IMG/VR virus record: IMGVR_UViG_3300030047_000010
Reading direction: 5' to 3' (one strand)
Origin: a virus
Taxonomy: Duplodnaviria > Heunggongvirae > Uroviricota > Caudoviricetes
DNA length: 64,000 nt
Under the pieces are notes generated by a model. It was not told the DNA's origin. It ran no database searches and saw only the letters and a list, made by a program, of their open reading frames with translations. The translations under genes were made by a program, and so were the position numbers. Of this stretch, positions 36,734 through 46,041 are shown one piece after another (positions within the stretch are counted from its first letter, which is position 1; each line of letters begins with the position of its first letter).

Positions 36734-37183
36734 TCAGAACTTTTCTATTAAGTCGTGTATAAAGTGTGCTTCAGCACCAGGTGTTATTAGAATATCGTTT
36801 GCAAGCTCACTTGGGTGAGCAATAACAGCTTTGATCTTTGCTATTACATCATCATTTACAATAAGAACATCTGTTGTAAATGGTCTAATTATTTGTTTAT
36901 TTGTAAGTATAAAATGACGATCCTGTGCGCCATCACAGGCTAGTGTAGCCTCAAATTTAATAGGCGATGAACTACCGGATACTGTGCATACACCTATGCT
37001 AGGTAACCGAAATTTTATATTCCAGAACTGTCGTCTACAGCCAAAAATATCTCTCTGCGGTCCTGATAGCTTATAATAATGTGCATATATCTCTTCTGTT
37101 ATAGGCTTTTGTTCAGCAGCAATTACAACATGATCTACAGCGAACAAAGATAAAACAGAAGATATGGTATTTGTATTTGTCAT
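36734..37183 (-). CDS. hypothetical protein
   Basis: Start reassigned to ATG 37183 just after the upstream stop. Confidence 0.55.
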   Translation of the reverse strand: MTNTNTISSVLSLFAVDHVVIAAEQKPITEEIYAHYYKLSGPQRDIFGCRRQFWNIKFRLPSIGVCTVSGSSSPIKFEATLACDGAQDRHFILTNKQIIRPFTTDVLIVNDDVIAKIKAVIAHPSELANDILITPGAEAHFIHDLIEKF

Positions 37184-37187
37184 AGTA

Positions 37188-40115
37188 TTAAGGCAGGAAG
37201 ATACCGTAAGTCGCGGCTGCATTAAGAACACCTTCAAACCCAACGTTGGAATCAATACCACGAGCCGAGTCATACCGGAGAACACGGTTGTATGCACCAA
37301 AAGCACGCTGAGTACGAATGCCCAAACTACCCACACCAGAACGCTGACGGCTAATCATAATCTTTTGTGGAGTAATATGTGCATTCAACCACTCGCTCAA
37401 ACGCTGAATAGCAGAGTCAATTGCACCTGTCTGATCATAATCTAGCGTGACGGCTTGGCCAGAGTTATGGGTAACAAATCCATTAGCATAGAAGTGGTGT
37501 GCTAAGTCCGTATCACGATCTGGAAGAGTAGGGTCTATAACGCATTCTTCTGTTTCCAGTGTATCTATACTGTGTACAGATTCCCACTGAAAGTCAAGAT
37601 CAGCTAAATACTTAAGTTTCTTTAGAACGTCAGGCTTTAACTTAGCTAACAACTCTGTACGCTGTTCTAAATAGAATAATAGATTTTTCTGTGTAGGACA
37701 CCGGCTATCAAAAATAGCTTGAGTTGCGTTCAAAGTCAAACCAGAATACACTCTAAACTTTTTACCTGTTTCTGAATCTGTATGCCAACCCTTATTAGCT
37801 CCGGAAAAAAGAGACTTAATATAAGTACCAACAAACTCAGGGTATGCTTCTACTTGCTCATAGTAACGAACACGCGGCTTATGATCTCTACCCTTATACC
37901 AAAAACCTATGGTATCTGCATAGATATCAATAGCAGAACTTGGTACATGTATTTGCGGAACTTGTGCTGACGCATATCTATGCTTAGATGTAATAATCCC
38001 AAATCTAAGCAGCAGGCTTTGAAATTGATCTAGCATCTTTGTACTAGAGGATGCAAAGCTCATAAAAGTTTTACCTTTTTGCTTAGACGTATCATATGAT
38101 GTATAAGACCCATCTCCCTCAAAAAAGGCTTGAATAAATTCACGAGCTAACCTACGAGGTGCTGCCATGATAGACCACGGAATTTCTTTGTCAGGTGCCT
38201 GCTTAAATTGCTCTCCGCACCCAATCAAAAACATGGCTATTTTACGATTTGATTCTTCGTAGTAGTGTACTTTATTTCCAGCACTACTTATCTGAAATCC
38301 TTTATACTTCGGAGCAACACCAAAGCATTCCGTGAAGTTTTTAACGTAGTCATCTAATAAAATTTGATTTATATTACAGAAAGATATAATCCCCTCAGTA
38401 TTTATATAGCCCTCACTCGTAATGTAGCCGAGTACCCGAGCTAAGGCAGGAGTCATTTTTCTGGGAAGTTCGTAATTTTTAGCACCTTTAATTGTGTATC
38501 TATTAACAGCATCCACCAAAAACGATAAATCAATATCCCAATCCTCGTCAGCACTGTCATGACGCTTAGATATAGCGACAACATCACCCACAGAGATATC
38601 GGCTAAGTTCTTGTTTTGTACATTAAGTTCTTTATCTAAAACTAATACCGGGTGATTTCCTGTTGCTTTCAAAGAGTACCCGTGCGCTGTTTCTAATCTA
38701 TAGACAGGCTTTGCACCAAGGTCCCAAACACAAGTAGGAACATCTCTACCATAAGGTGTAAGCAGCTTAAATTTTGTGTCAAACTTAGCATTTGTGCTGA
38801 TTATGGTATTTGCAAGAAGAGTTTCATTAATAAATGTAAACAAAGCATCTGAACAATCAATTAAGATACGACGCCACTCATCATGAGTGGCAAACTGAGA
38901 TAACTCATAGTTGGAAAACATGCTCAAAATTGAATTACTTGCTACTTCCGGTGCTGTAGAAGCAACTAATTCAGATAACCCTAATTTCTGGTCTTTTATG
39001 TCAGAAGAATTAGCTATAATACCAGTAAGAACAGCTTCTCTATCTGGGTGAAAAGCAATAGATGCTACTAGTTTTAGAACATCATGCTCCAGGGCACCTG
39101 GCCGCAAATACTTAGCTTGCACAAGACCCCGATTTGTAGACACATAAGTATCCTCAGTGACACAGAAAGAAAATGCGAGCTGTGATTGGAGCATATGTTG
39201 AGAATTCAGCATCCACCAAGTAGAAAGCATAATCCAGTATGTAGAGCACTGCATAGGAAAGTCAGTCCAGTTGTAGTTAGATACAGGGAACCAACCGTTA
39301 AACAGGCCCAAGCCCTCCGTAAGAGCCTCGCAGAGATCTCCATCACTAATATGCTGAGGGGTACCTAACCTATGCTGGAATCTATCCACCATGAAACGAA
39401 TAGACTGTATGTACTGAACCATCTGCTTCTTGATGACACGAAACTGATCATACTCCACTTGGAGTTCAGATACAGATGTCTCACGAACAGACCACAGACC
39501 AGTATACAGATTGTTCAAAGGATCCCATAAAGTAAACGCAGATGAGGGGATCTCATAATAGTAAACTATACTATCACCATCTATCACTTTAGTCAGAGCT
39601 GATTTATTTAGAGCAGCAGCATGTGGAATTGGGGCTAGATCAGAGTTATCTGCGTAGGGAGAGGCATAACACTCCAATGTAATCTCCGCCGGATCAAAAT
39701 CACCACGCCAAAACAAACGATGAGGTGATCCTTGAATAGCTAAGTTTACAACATCTTTACGACCTGTAGCTGTTACCTGCTTGTCTACAACAAAGAAATC
39801 AAAGGTATGTGTTAATTGAGAACGGCGCGCCGTAACAAAGTTTACTTGTAACTGCCAGGACATCTCATCATTAGATAACTCACTATCTTGAGGAATTGTC
39901 CATAAAACACGATATTGCCCAGGAGTGCCATAAGCTTGAGCTGTCCCTGTCTGTATCTGAAGACCCGATGGGGATACAAAAGCATAATTCGGATATTTAT
40001 TAGCATCCAAAGGAACTAAAGCATCACCGGAAGAGTTAACAAAAGAGAAACGGAACTCGGCCTGCTCCCCACGTTGCCATGTTTGGCGAACTCTAGATGA
40101 ATTAGCGTCAGTCAT
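37188..40115 (-). CDS. putative virion structural (neck/adaptor-like) protein containing an intein
   Basis: 975 aa; ~408-aa extein with beta-rich N-terminus; TAACTTCT-N4-ATG upstream motif; structural role inferred. Confidence 0.75.
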   Translation of the reverse strand: MTDANSSRVRQTWQRGEQAEFRFSFVNSSGDALVPLDANKYPNYAFVSPSGLQIQTGTAQAYGTPGQYRVLWTIPQDSELSNDEMSWQLQVNFVTARRSQLTHTFDFFVVDKQVTATGRKDVVNLAIQGSPHRLFWRGDFDPAEITLECYASPYADNSDLAPIPHAAALNKSALTKVIDGDSIVYYYEIPSSAFTLWDPLNNLYTGLWSVRETSVSELQVEYDQFRVIKKQMVQYIQSIRFMVDRFQHRLGTPQHISDGDLCEALTEGLGLFNGWFPVSNYNWTDFPMQCSTYWIMLSTWWMLNSQHMLQSQLAFSFCVTEDTYVSTNRGLVQAKYLRPGALEHDVLKLVASIAFHPDREAVLTGIIANSSDIKDQKLGLSELVASTAPEVASNSILSMFSNYELSQFATHDEWRRILIDCSDALFTFINETLLANTIISTNAKFDTKFKLLTPYGRDVPTCVWDLGAKPVYRLETAHGYSLKATGNHPVLVLDKELNVQNKNLADISVGDVVAISKRHDSADEDWDIDLSFLVDAVNRYTIKGAKNYELPRKMTPALARVLGYITSEGYINTEGIISFCNINQILLDDYVKNFTECFGVAPKYKGFQISSAGNKVHYYEESNRKIAMFLIGCGEQFKQAPDKEIPWSIMAAPRRLAREFIQAFFEGDGSYTSYDTSKQKGKTFMSFASSSTKMLDQFQSLLLRFGIITSKHRYASAQVPQIHVPSSAIDIYADTIGFWYKGRDHKPRVRYYEQVEAYPEFVGTYIKSLFSGANKGWHTDSETGKKFRVYSGLTLNATQAIFDSRCPTQKNLLFYLEQRTELLAKLKPDVLKKLKYLADLDFQWESVHSIDTLETEECVIDPTLPDRDTDLAHHFYANGFVTHNSGQAVTLDYDQTGAIDSAIQRLSEWLNAHITPQKIMISRQRSGVGSLGIRTQRAFGAYNRVLRYDSARGIDSNVGFEGVLNAAATYGIFLP
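37464..39164 (-). mobile_element. intein with LAGLIDADG homing endonuclease (567 aa)
   Basis: Block A CVTEDTYV, block B TGNHP, LAGLIDADG motifs LGYITSEG and QAFFEGDGS, terminal FYANGFVTHN followed by Ser. Confidence 0.92.
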
Positions 40116-40124
40116 ACAAAGAAG

Positions 40125-41588
40125 TTACCGGACTTTGGCTTTCCACTCACGCATAAAATATTGTCGATTTTTAATGGAGCAGGTACGAAAATCAGAAGAC
40201 TGTATAAAACCTATATAAGCTATCTGTAAGATATCTGGGGGCAATTCAAGATGCACTGCCCAAGGAAAGTAGTGTTCTATTTTCTTAATATTGTCTGTGG
40301 TAATAGCAAATTTAGTCAAACTTGGAATAGATGTATGTTTGTTAATTGATGCTTTCAGCTTAACACAGATACTTATGATCCAATCTAACTCCTGAGTAAC
40401 TACACGCTCAAAATCAAAATCAGAAGATACCCCGTCTTTAATGCTATCTATGCTTAGTTTTATATATAAAGTAGTATTATGTAAATGAATACTACTGTTG
40501 TTATTTGTACTTAATTTGAAGTCTCCTCTACTGGGAGTCTCCTTAGTTCCAAATAGAATTAAACGACCACCATCAGATGACCAGAGATCCAACGTAGGAT
40601 ATTCTGCGTCTATATCGTCAGGTATTAAATCCTGCGGCTTAACCACCTCAGAGTCTTTCGGGTTGTACTCGTTAAGCATCCGTTTAACAGCTAGTATGTA
40701 TTGAGCCTGATATGCAGTTGGCGATAAAGAGATCACAAGACAACGAGCAAGGTGTTTAACAATATTTACAAGTGTTGTAGTACTCTGTGCTAAATAGTTA
40801 CCACCCATACCACGAACTTCAACTAGATTATTTTTAATTTTAGATAAACTTATGTTTTGGTAATGATCTATTGGGATTAACCTACGACGCAGCCTAGGAT
40901 CTAATAAAACTTTAGCTAAGTTCGCATCAGTCGCCTTAGGACCTGTCCGGCTAGTTTCTTTATCATATTGTGTTCGTGACCAGGGTGAGATAATAGACGT
41001 ACCAACTCTAGTAACGTCATCTCGGAACATCTCTTCGTGTAACTCATACAATATCTCTTTTGACGTATTTAAGGAAAAACCGTTATCCGTTCTACCAAAA
41101 CGAGCTAATAACTTATCCTCCTGCAAGAATACACCGAACTTAAGAGGATTAAAATATGTTAAATTTGCTGTAATCTTCGGATGACCAAAGGTAACATGCA
41201 AGCCACAACTATCATTTGTTTCACACTTAAGCGCCTTGAGTAAAGAAAATACAGATTCAAGTATTTTTGATACTTGGGATAATTTCAATACAGGAGAAAT
41301 AAGCTCTATCCCAAATTCATTAGGAGAAGCGTCAATAGAACCGTCCCCTGTTATATTCCAAGAATTATACATAGCAGCACCAAGTTGCTCATGAGCATTG
41401 TAAATACTGGAAATCACACCAATTTTCCAACTTGGGTACTTTTTACTTAAAGCTTGTGCAAACTTTTTGTGACTAATAGGAGATATGAATTCAAATTCAA
41501 AACCAACAGTAAGTCTAGATATGTTAACATCACTAAAATCTAGACCAGGAACTACTGCGGCGGTAGTTTCAAAAGGAATAAACATCAC
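40125..41588 (-). CDS. Amidoligase_2 (COOH-NH2 ligase type 2) family protein, paralog 1
   Basis: VGFEFEF, WNITGDGSI, IELISP, TNDSCGLHVT, VEVR. Confidence 0.85.
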   Translation of the reverse strand: MMFIPFETTAAVVPGLDFSDVNISRLTVGFEFEFISPISHKKFAQALSKKYPSWKIGVISSIYNAHEQLGAAMYNSWNITGDGSIDASPNEFGIELISPVLKLSQVSKILESVFSLLKALKCETNDSCGLHVTFGHPKITANLTYFNPLKFGVFLQEDKLLARFGRTDNGFSLNTSKEILYELHEEMFRDDVTRVGTSIISPWSRTQYDKETSRTGPKATDANLAKVLLDPRLRRRLIPIDHYQNISLSKIKNNLVEVRGMGGNYLAQSTTTLVNIVKHLARCLVISLSPTAYQAQYILAVKRMLNEYNPKDSEVVKPQDLIPDDIDAEYPTLDLWSSDGGRLILFGTKETPSRGDFKLSTNNNSSIHLHNTTLYIKLSIDSIKDGVSSDFDFERVVTQELDWIISICVKLKASINKHTSIPSLTKFAITTDNIKKIEHYFPWAVHLELPPDILQIAYIGFIQSSDFRTCSIKNRQYFMREWKAKVR

Positions 41589-42601
41589 TCATCCCCGTCG
41601 GACTTAGCAGGTGTCCACATAGGCTTCTTAGGTGCTTTGTACACAGGCATCATTCTACGGACGGCTGCAACATACTGCGGAACATAAGCCGTAGGCATCA
41701 GAGCGATAGCCACGCAGCGGGCCATGTGAAGTACTCGTCCTGTAAGCTCTTTGACTGAAACATTCAAATAATCGCCGCCCATGCCCCGAATCTCTACACG
41801 ATGCTTAGACAAGTATTGTAAGCTGATATTAGTATAATGATCCACCATAGCCATGCGCTTACGGAAAGCCGGACTTACTAGTATCTGAGCTAAATTAGCA
41901 TCAGTTAATTTCGGACCTGTTTTATCAGTCGTGGGTATGGATGTTGGTGTATGATCAAAGACATTCAATCCTTTTAGTGTAGTAACTTGATCCCCAGACG
42001 ATCCTATCTCAGTATTGATCGCTTGAACAATACGCTTAGATAAATTATCAGCAAATGCATTATCCGTTCTACCGAATCTAGATAACAAATTATCCTCTCT
42101 GAGAAAAATACCAAGTTTCAACGGATCAAACTTTGTTAACGCAGAATTAATGTCGGGGTGGCCGAATGTAACGTGCAAACCGCAACTCTCGTTAGTTTTA
42201 CCACCAGTAGATTTAATCAAGGAAAAAACACGTGTAAGAATATCACCAACTTGATTCAACTGAAGTACAGGAGAGATCAACTCAATACTATAATGAGGTG
42301 TCAAGGATAGAAGGTCTTCAGCATCTTCCTGAACAGTCTCATCACTAGTTACATTCCAAACAGAGTATTTCTCAACGTCCTTCACATTCTTAGGAAGTCC
42401 GTGCTTATCTTGAACAGTGCCAATCTTCCAGGTAGGTTGAGCAAGCTGAAGAGACTTAGCAAATGATTTATGTGATAACCGAGATACAAATTCAAACTCA
42501 AAACCAACAGTCAACTTAGACAAGTCAACCTGAGAAAGGTCCAACTTTGGGACAACAGCAGCGACTGCACTATCCTGTGCAGTATGATTAGGAATGAACA
42601 T
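41585..42601 (-). CDS. Amidoligase_2 family protein, paralog 2
   Basis: VGFEFEF, WNVTSD, IELISP, TNESCGLHVT, VEIR. Confidence 0.85.
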   Translation of the reverse strand: MFIPNHTAQDSAVAAVVPKLDLSQVDLSKLTVGFEFEFVSRLSHKSFAKSLQLAQPTWKIGTVQDKHGLPKNVKDVEKYSVWNVTSDETVQEDAEDLLSLTPHYSIELISPVLQLNQVGDILTRVFSLIKSTGGKTNESCGLHVTFGHPDINSALTKFDPLKLGIFLREDNLLSRFGRTDNAFADNLSKRIVQAINTEIGSSGDQVTTLKGLNVFDHTPTSIPTTDKTGPKLTDANLAQILVSPAFRKRMAMVDHYTNISLQYLSKHRVEIRGMGGDYLNVSVKELTGRVLHMARCVAIALMPTAYVPQYVAAVRRMMPVYKAPKKPMWTPAKSDGDE

Positions 42602-42628
42602 CTAGCACCCCATCAGATAAAACGTACC

Positions 42629-43081
42629 TTATTCAGAGGTTGTTTGACTGTCATCAAAAGCACTATCATCGTCAAGTATACTAGGATCAGATGGCATATC
42701 TACGGACAGCTCATTACTCACTGCCCAATACATAAAATCAGCACCACACAATACCTGATAAAGGATACTGTTATCCCAACAAACGTTAATACGCATAATT
42801 GTACATAAATGAGCTTCTTCATCATGAACAATATAGACAGCGGCACCAAGCTCATAGTTAGACTCAACAAGTGTTGAATAGGGTGGCTTATGTGCCGAGG
42901 ATATAGGAGCCAACTCATCGCAAGCAGCTATGTATTCAGTGTCACCAGATGCCAAAGTGTAGTCTTGATGACCGTCTAGGGATGTTTGAATAGCTACAAC
43001 CATCCAAATTTGATAGTCTTCTACATCATGACAGAGCTTTACACGCTCCCCAAAATCATAGTCATGCGTAAGAAGAAACAT
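42629..43081 (-). CDS. hypothetical protein with two similar short beta modules
   Basis: YDFGERVKL... and YELGAAVYIV... internal repeat. Confidence 0.55.
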   Translation of the reverse strand: MFLLTHDYDFGERVKLCHDVEDYQIWMVVAIQTSLDGHQDYTLASGDTEYIAACDELAPISSAHKPPYSTLVESNYELGAAVYIVHDEEAHLCTIMRINVCWDNSILYQVLCGADFMYWAVSNELSVDMPSDPSILDDDSAFDDSQTTSE

Positions 43082-43135
43082 AAAAACCTCCGGACTACAT
43101 CCAGAGGTTCACACGCAGAGCAGCTTAAAGGCAGA

Positions 43136-43909
43136 TCAAGATTCTTGAACTACAGAAATAACCCAAAAGTCTTGAGCTAAGTCAGCACGAAGGACATAGT
43201 CATAAGGAAGATAAAAGAATCCCTTATCACCCCAAGCAGGACCCCAAGAGTTCATTATAGTGAACAAACGCTTCGTATCATCATAACCAACCATCAAAAT
43301 TGCATGGCCACCAAGGCACGGTTCAACTGCTTGATTTGGCAGAGGAACCAAACCTGTCTTAGCTACTACATCTGATTCAAACGACTGAAATAACATTATA
43401 CCGAAAACAATAGGAAAACCACTAGCGAGAGCTGTCTTGATATCATTTTCAGTTTGAATCACGCTATGATACTGAAGCGCTTTATGCGATGTGGCGTCCG
43501 CTACAGCCACCTGAGGTGGAGCAACAGCAAACTTAGTTACATCATAGGGCCAGTCCGATTCTGGAGGAGCACCAAAAGAAGCAAGAACTTTAGCACCATC
43601 GCGTATCTGGGCACCAGAATCTTCTGCAATAGTATTTTCTAGCTCACGTTCTTTGTAATAAATAAAAAGCCTAGATGGTAGGGCATCATGCCCACCAGTT
43701 TCTTTTATCTGAGCAAACAAATGCGCATTAGCTAAAGCATGACTCGTACAGGCACCCAACTGACCCTGGTCCAAAACAGGCGGACAGGTGGGTCGCAAAT
43801 CTACCGAGGCAGGTAATCCCTGAGTTGGTGGAGTAGCTCTAAAAATCTTATCCCGAGGATCCTTAGTATCCTTTTTCCAACCGTATACATGATTCATTGA
43901 AAACTCCAA
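43136..43909 (-). CDS. papain-like C1 cysteine peptidase
   Basis: DQGQLGACT (catalytic Cys), GGHAI (His), NSWG (Asn), WGDKGFFYLPY. Confidence 0.92.
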   Translation of the reverse strand: MEFSMNHVYGWKKDTKDPRDKIFRATPPTQGLPASVDLRPTCPPVLDQGQLGACTSHALANAHLFAQIKETGGHDALPSRLFIYYKERELENTIAEDSGAQIRDGAKVLASFGAPPESDWPYDVTKFAVAPPQVAVADATSHKALQYHSVIQTENDIKTALASGFPIVFGIMLFQSFESDVVAKTGLVPLPNQAVEPCLGGHAILMVGYDDTKRLFTIMNSWGPAWGDKGFFYLPYDYVLRADLAQDFWVISVVQES

Positions 43910-43942
43910 TTACTATGTTGATAATATTGGTAATGTCCAGAA

Positions 43943-45412
43943 TCAAGCATCCACAGGCGTCAAGCCGCTTTCACGCATACGAGACTGGAACGTAGATACA
44001 TTCATTTTTATAGCAGCTAGCTTAGGGAAACGTGCTAAAAGTTTCTTATAAGCAGATATGCTAGGTGATATCTTCACCAAGCCCGGAACAGGACCCATTT
44101 TAGATGCTGCTCGGATAATCTGGTTAGATACCTCTTGAGCGACATCAGCTACTACAGGGTATGTCTGCAGAGTATACTTACTGGGCAGCACAACTTCAGT
44201 TATTCCAAAATTATCTACATATAAGCGTAGAGCAATACGATGTTTCTCTTCTACCATAACAGCCCAAGCAACACTAGCATCAGCTCTAGGATTATCTGGA
44301 GCACCATGTGTTATGGTAACAAGTACAGACTGACCAGCTATCTTAACCTTACCGCTGATTGAGGTCTGGCCTGATGCTTTACTCACCTCATTAACGTTTA
44401 ATTCTTGCTGGGCACGTTTGGCATCTGTAGCCTGCTTAGGTGCATTATACTGTTTTAGCATTCTACGAACAGCTAATACATATTGCGTTTCAAGCAAGGT
44501 TGGATCCAAAGCTACTGCAAGGCACCGAGCCATATGTAGAACCATCTGAGCAAGCCCTTGAGCATCTTGAGACAAGTAGTCACCACCAGGAGAACGAACC
44601 TCCACACAGTGGTTACGAAGTTTTATCAAATTAATACTCAGATAGTGCGAGTACAGGGCAAAACGCTGACGTACTCGTAGAGATGTCAAGAACTCTTGTA
44701 AGTTCTCCTCTGTAAGAGCAGGCCCGGTAACCTCATTAGGTAAAATAGTATAATAATTTTCAGGGTAATTAGCCTCGTCCGTCTCTTCAAAATTCGGCTG
44801 CTCTCTCTGGAACACACGATTCTTTAGCTCGTGCATTTCTTCGTACATAGCCTTTAATATCCTAGATGAGAAATTTTGAGCATACTCATTTCGTTCTCTA
44901 TCAAACCGTTCCAGTACCTTATCTTCCTGCATAAATACAGCGAACTTTAGAGGATCAAAGTTTATCAGATCGGTAGTCAGTAAAGGATGTCCAAAAGTAA
45001 TATGCAAACCACAAGATTCATTCGTAGTGCCACCAGCACGTTTAATTATAGCTACGATATCAAGAAGAGCCTTCTTAGCCTTAGCTAACGGTAACACAGG
45101 TGAGATAACTTCAATCCCGTAAAGGGACTTAGTATCGTCAGACACAGCAGCCGTATCAATAGAATCATCACCTGTTATGTGCCAGAAACTATATAAATTT
45201 TTGCCGGGATACTTAGTTTTGTGACCAGCGTATTCCTTTGTTACGGCACCAATCTTATAATCTAGGTCTGTGTCACGCATAACATCGGCAAAACTCTGAT
45301 GACTAATTGGGGATATAAATTCAAATTCAAAGCCGACCGTTATCTTAGAGAGGTCAACAGCTAAATTATTTAACTTTGCGCCGGGCACAACAGCAGATAT
45401 TACAGTATCCAT
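43943..45412 (-). CDS. Amidoligase_2 family protein, paralog 3
   Basis: VGFEFEF, WHITGDDSI, IEVISP, TNESCGLHIT, VEVR. Confidence 0.85.
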   Translation of the reverse strand: MDTVISAVVPGAKLNNLAVDLSKITVGFEFEFISPISHQSFADVMRDTDLDYKIGAVTKEYAGHKTKYPGKNLYSFWHITGDDSIDTAAVSDDTKSLYGIEVISPVLPLAKAKKALLDIVAIIKRAGGTTNESCGLHITFGHPLLTTDLINFDPLKFAVFMQEDKVLERFDRERNEYAQNFSSRILKAMYEEMHELKNRVFQREQPNFEETDEANYPENYYTILPNEVTGPALTEENLQEFLTSLRVRQRFALYSHYLSINLIKLRNHCVEVRSPGGDYLSQDAQGLAQMVLHMARCLAVALDPTLLETQYVLAVRRMLKQYNAPKQATDAKRAQQELNVNEVSKASGQTSISGKVKIAGQSVLVTITHGAPDNPRADASVAWAVMVEEKHRIALRLYVDNFGITEVVLPSKYTLQTYPVVADVAQEVSNQIIRAASKMGPVPGLVKISPSISAYKKLLARFPKLAAIKMNVSTFQSRMRESGLTPVDA

Positions 45413-45470
45413 ACTCAGAAGTTATCTTTTTGATTGACTAAACGAGCACTCTTCCCTATATTCAGTATGT

Positions 45471-45887
45471 ATGACAACAGCCCTTTGGAAAACTAAAAAA
45501 GCTATAGCTTGCCCCGTATGCTGCAAAACTTTTGTACCCAACTCACCTAAGCAAAAGTATTGCTCTGATAAATGTTCTCGTATCATGAGGCCATCAAACA
45601 CGGTGCATCGTCGCCAAACAGTAGCAGAGAAAAAAGCTATCAGTCGAGATAGGTTTGAAGAGAACATAAAGCACCAAGATTTAGATGAGTTAGAGCGTGC
45701 TAGAGAAGCTCGCATCAATATCGGGCCACAACCTGCGACATGTACCCACTGTCCCTGCTATGTGCATAAGGGTGGCTCTGTAGACCCATGCAGCCACCCA
45801 AGACTGCCATTTTCTCTTATTGGGATAGCGGCCCGTAACGTTAGAATGCAGTGCAAGTGCCCATGGGGACTCAAAGTTATAAAGTAA
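45471..45887 (+). CDS. zinc-finger hypothetical protein
   Basis: CPVC...KYCSDKC and C-terminal Cys cluster. Confidence 0.55.
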   Translation: MTTALWKTKKAIACPVCCKTFVPNSPKQKYCSDKCSRIMRPSNTVHRRQTVAEKKAISRDRFEENIKHQDLDELERAREARINIGPQPATCTHCPCYVHKGGSVDPCSHPRLPFSLIGIAARNVRMQCKCPWGLKVIK

Positions 45888-46041
45888 GCCGCAAGAGCAT
45901 CCAAATACAAAAAGCCGCTTTATGACAAGCGGCTTTTTGTTTCATAGAGCAGAGCACGAAAAAGCCCTGTCTCTTTCAAGACAAGGCTCCCAAGGCTACT
46001 CCCATGAATGCCTCAAACACTACAAAAGTAGCCTATGAGGT

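Noticed and set aside
45890-46040. Possible ncRNA from three adjacent hairpins
   Set aside because: Explained by terminators between convergent genes (e.g. AAAAGCCGCT...AGCGGCTTTT); no promoter or conserved RNA motif was seen.
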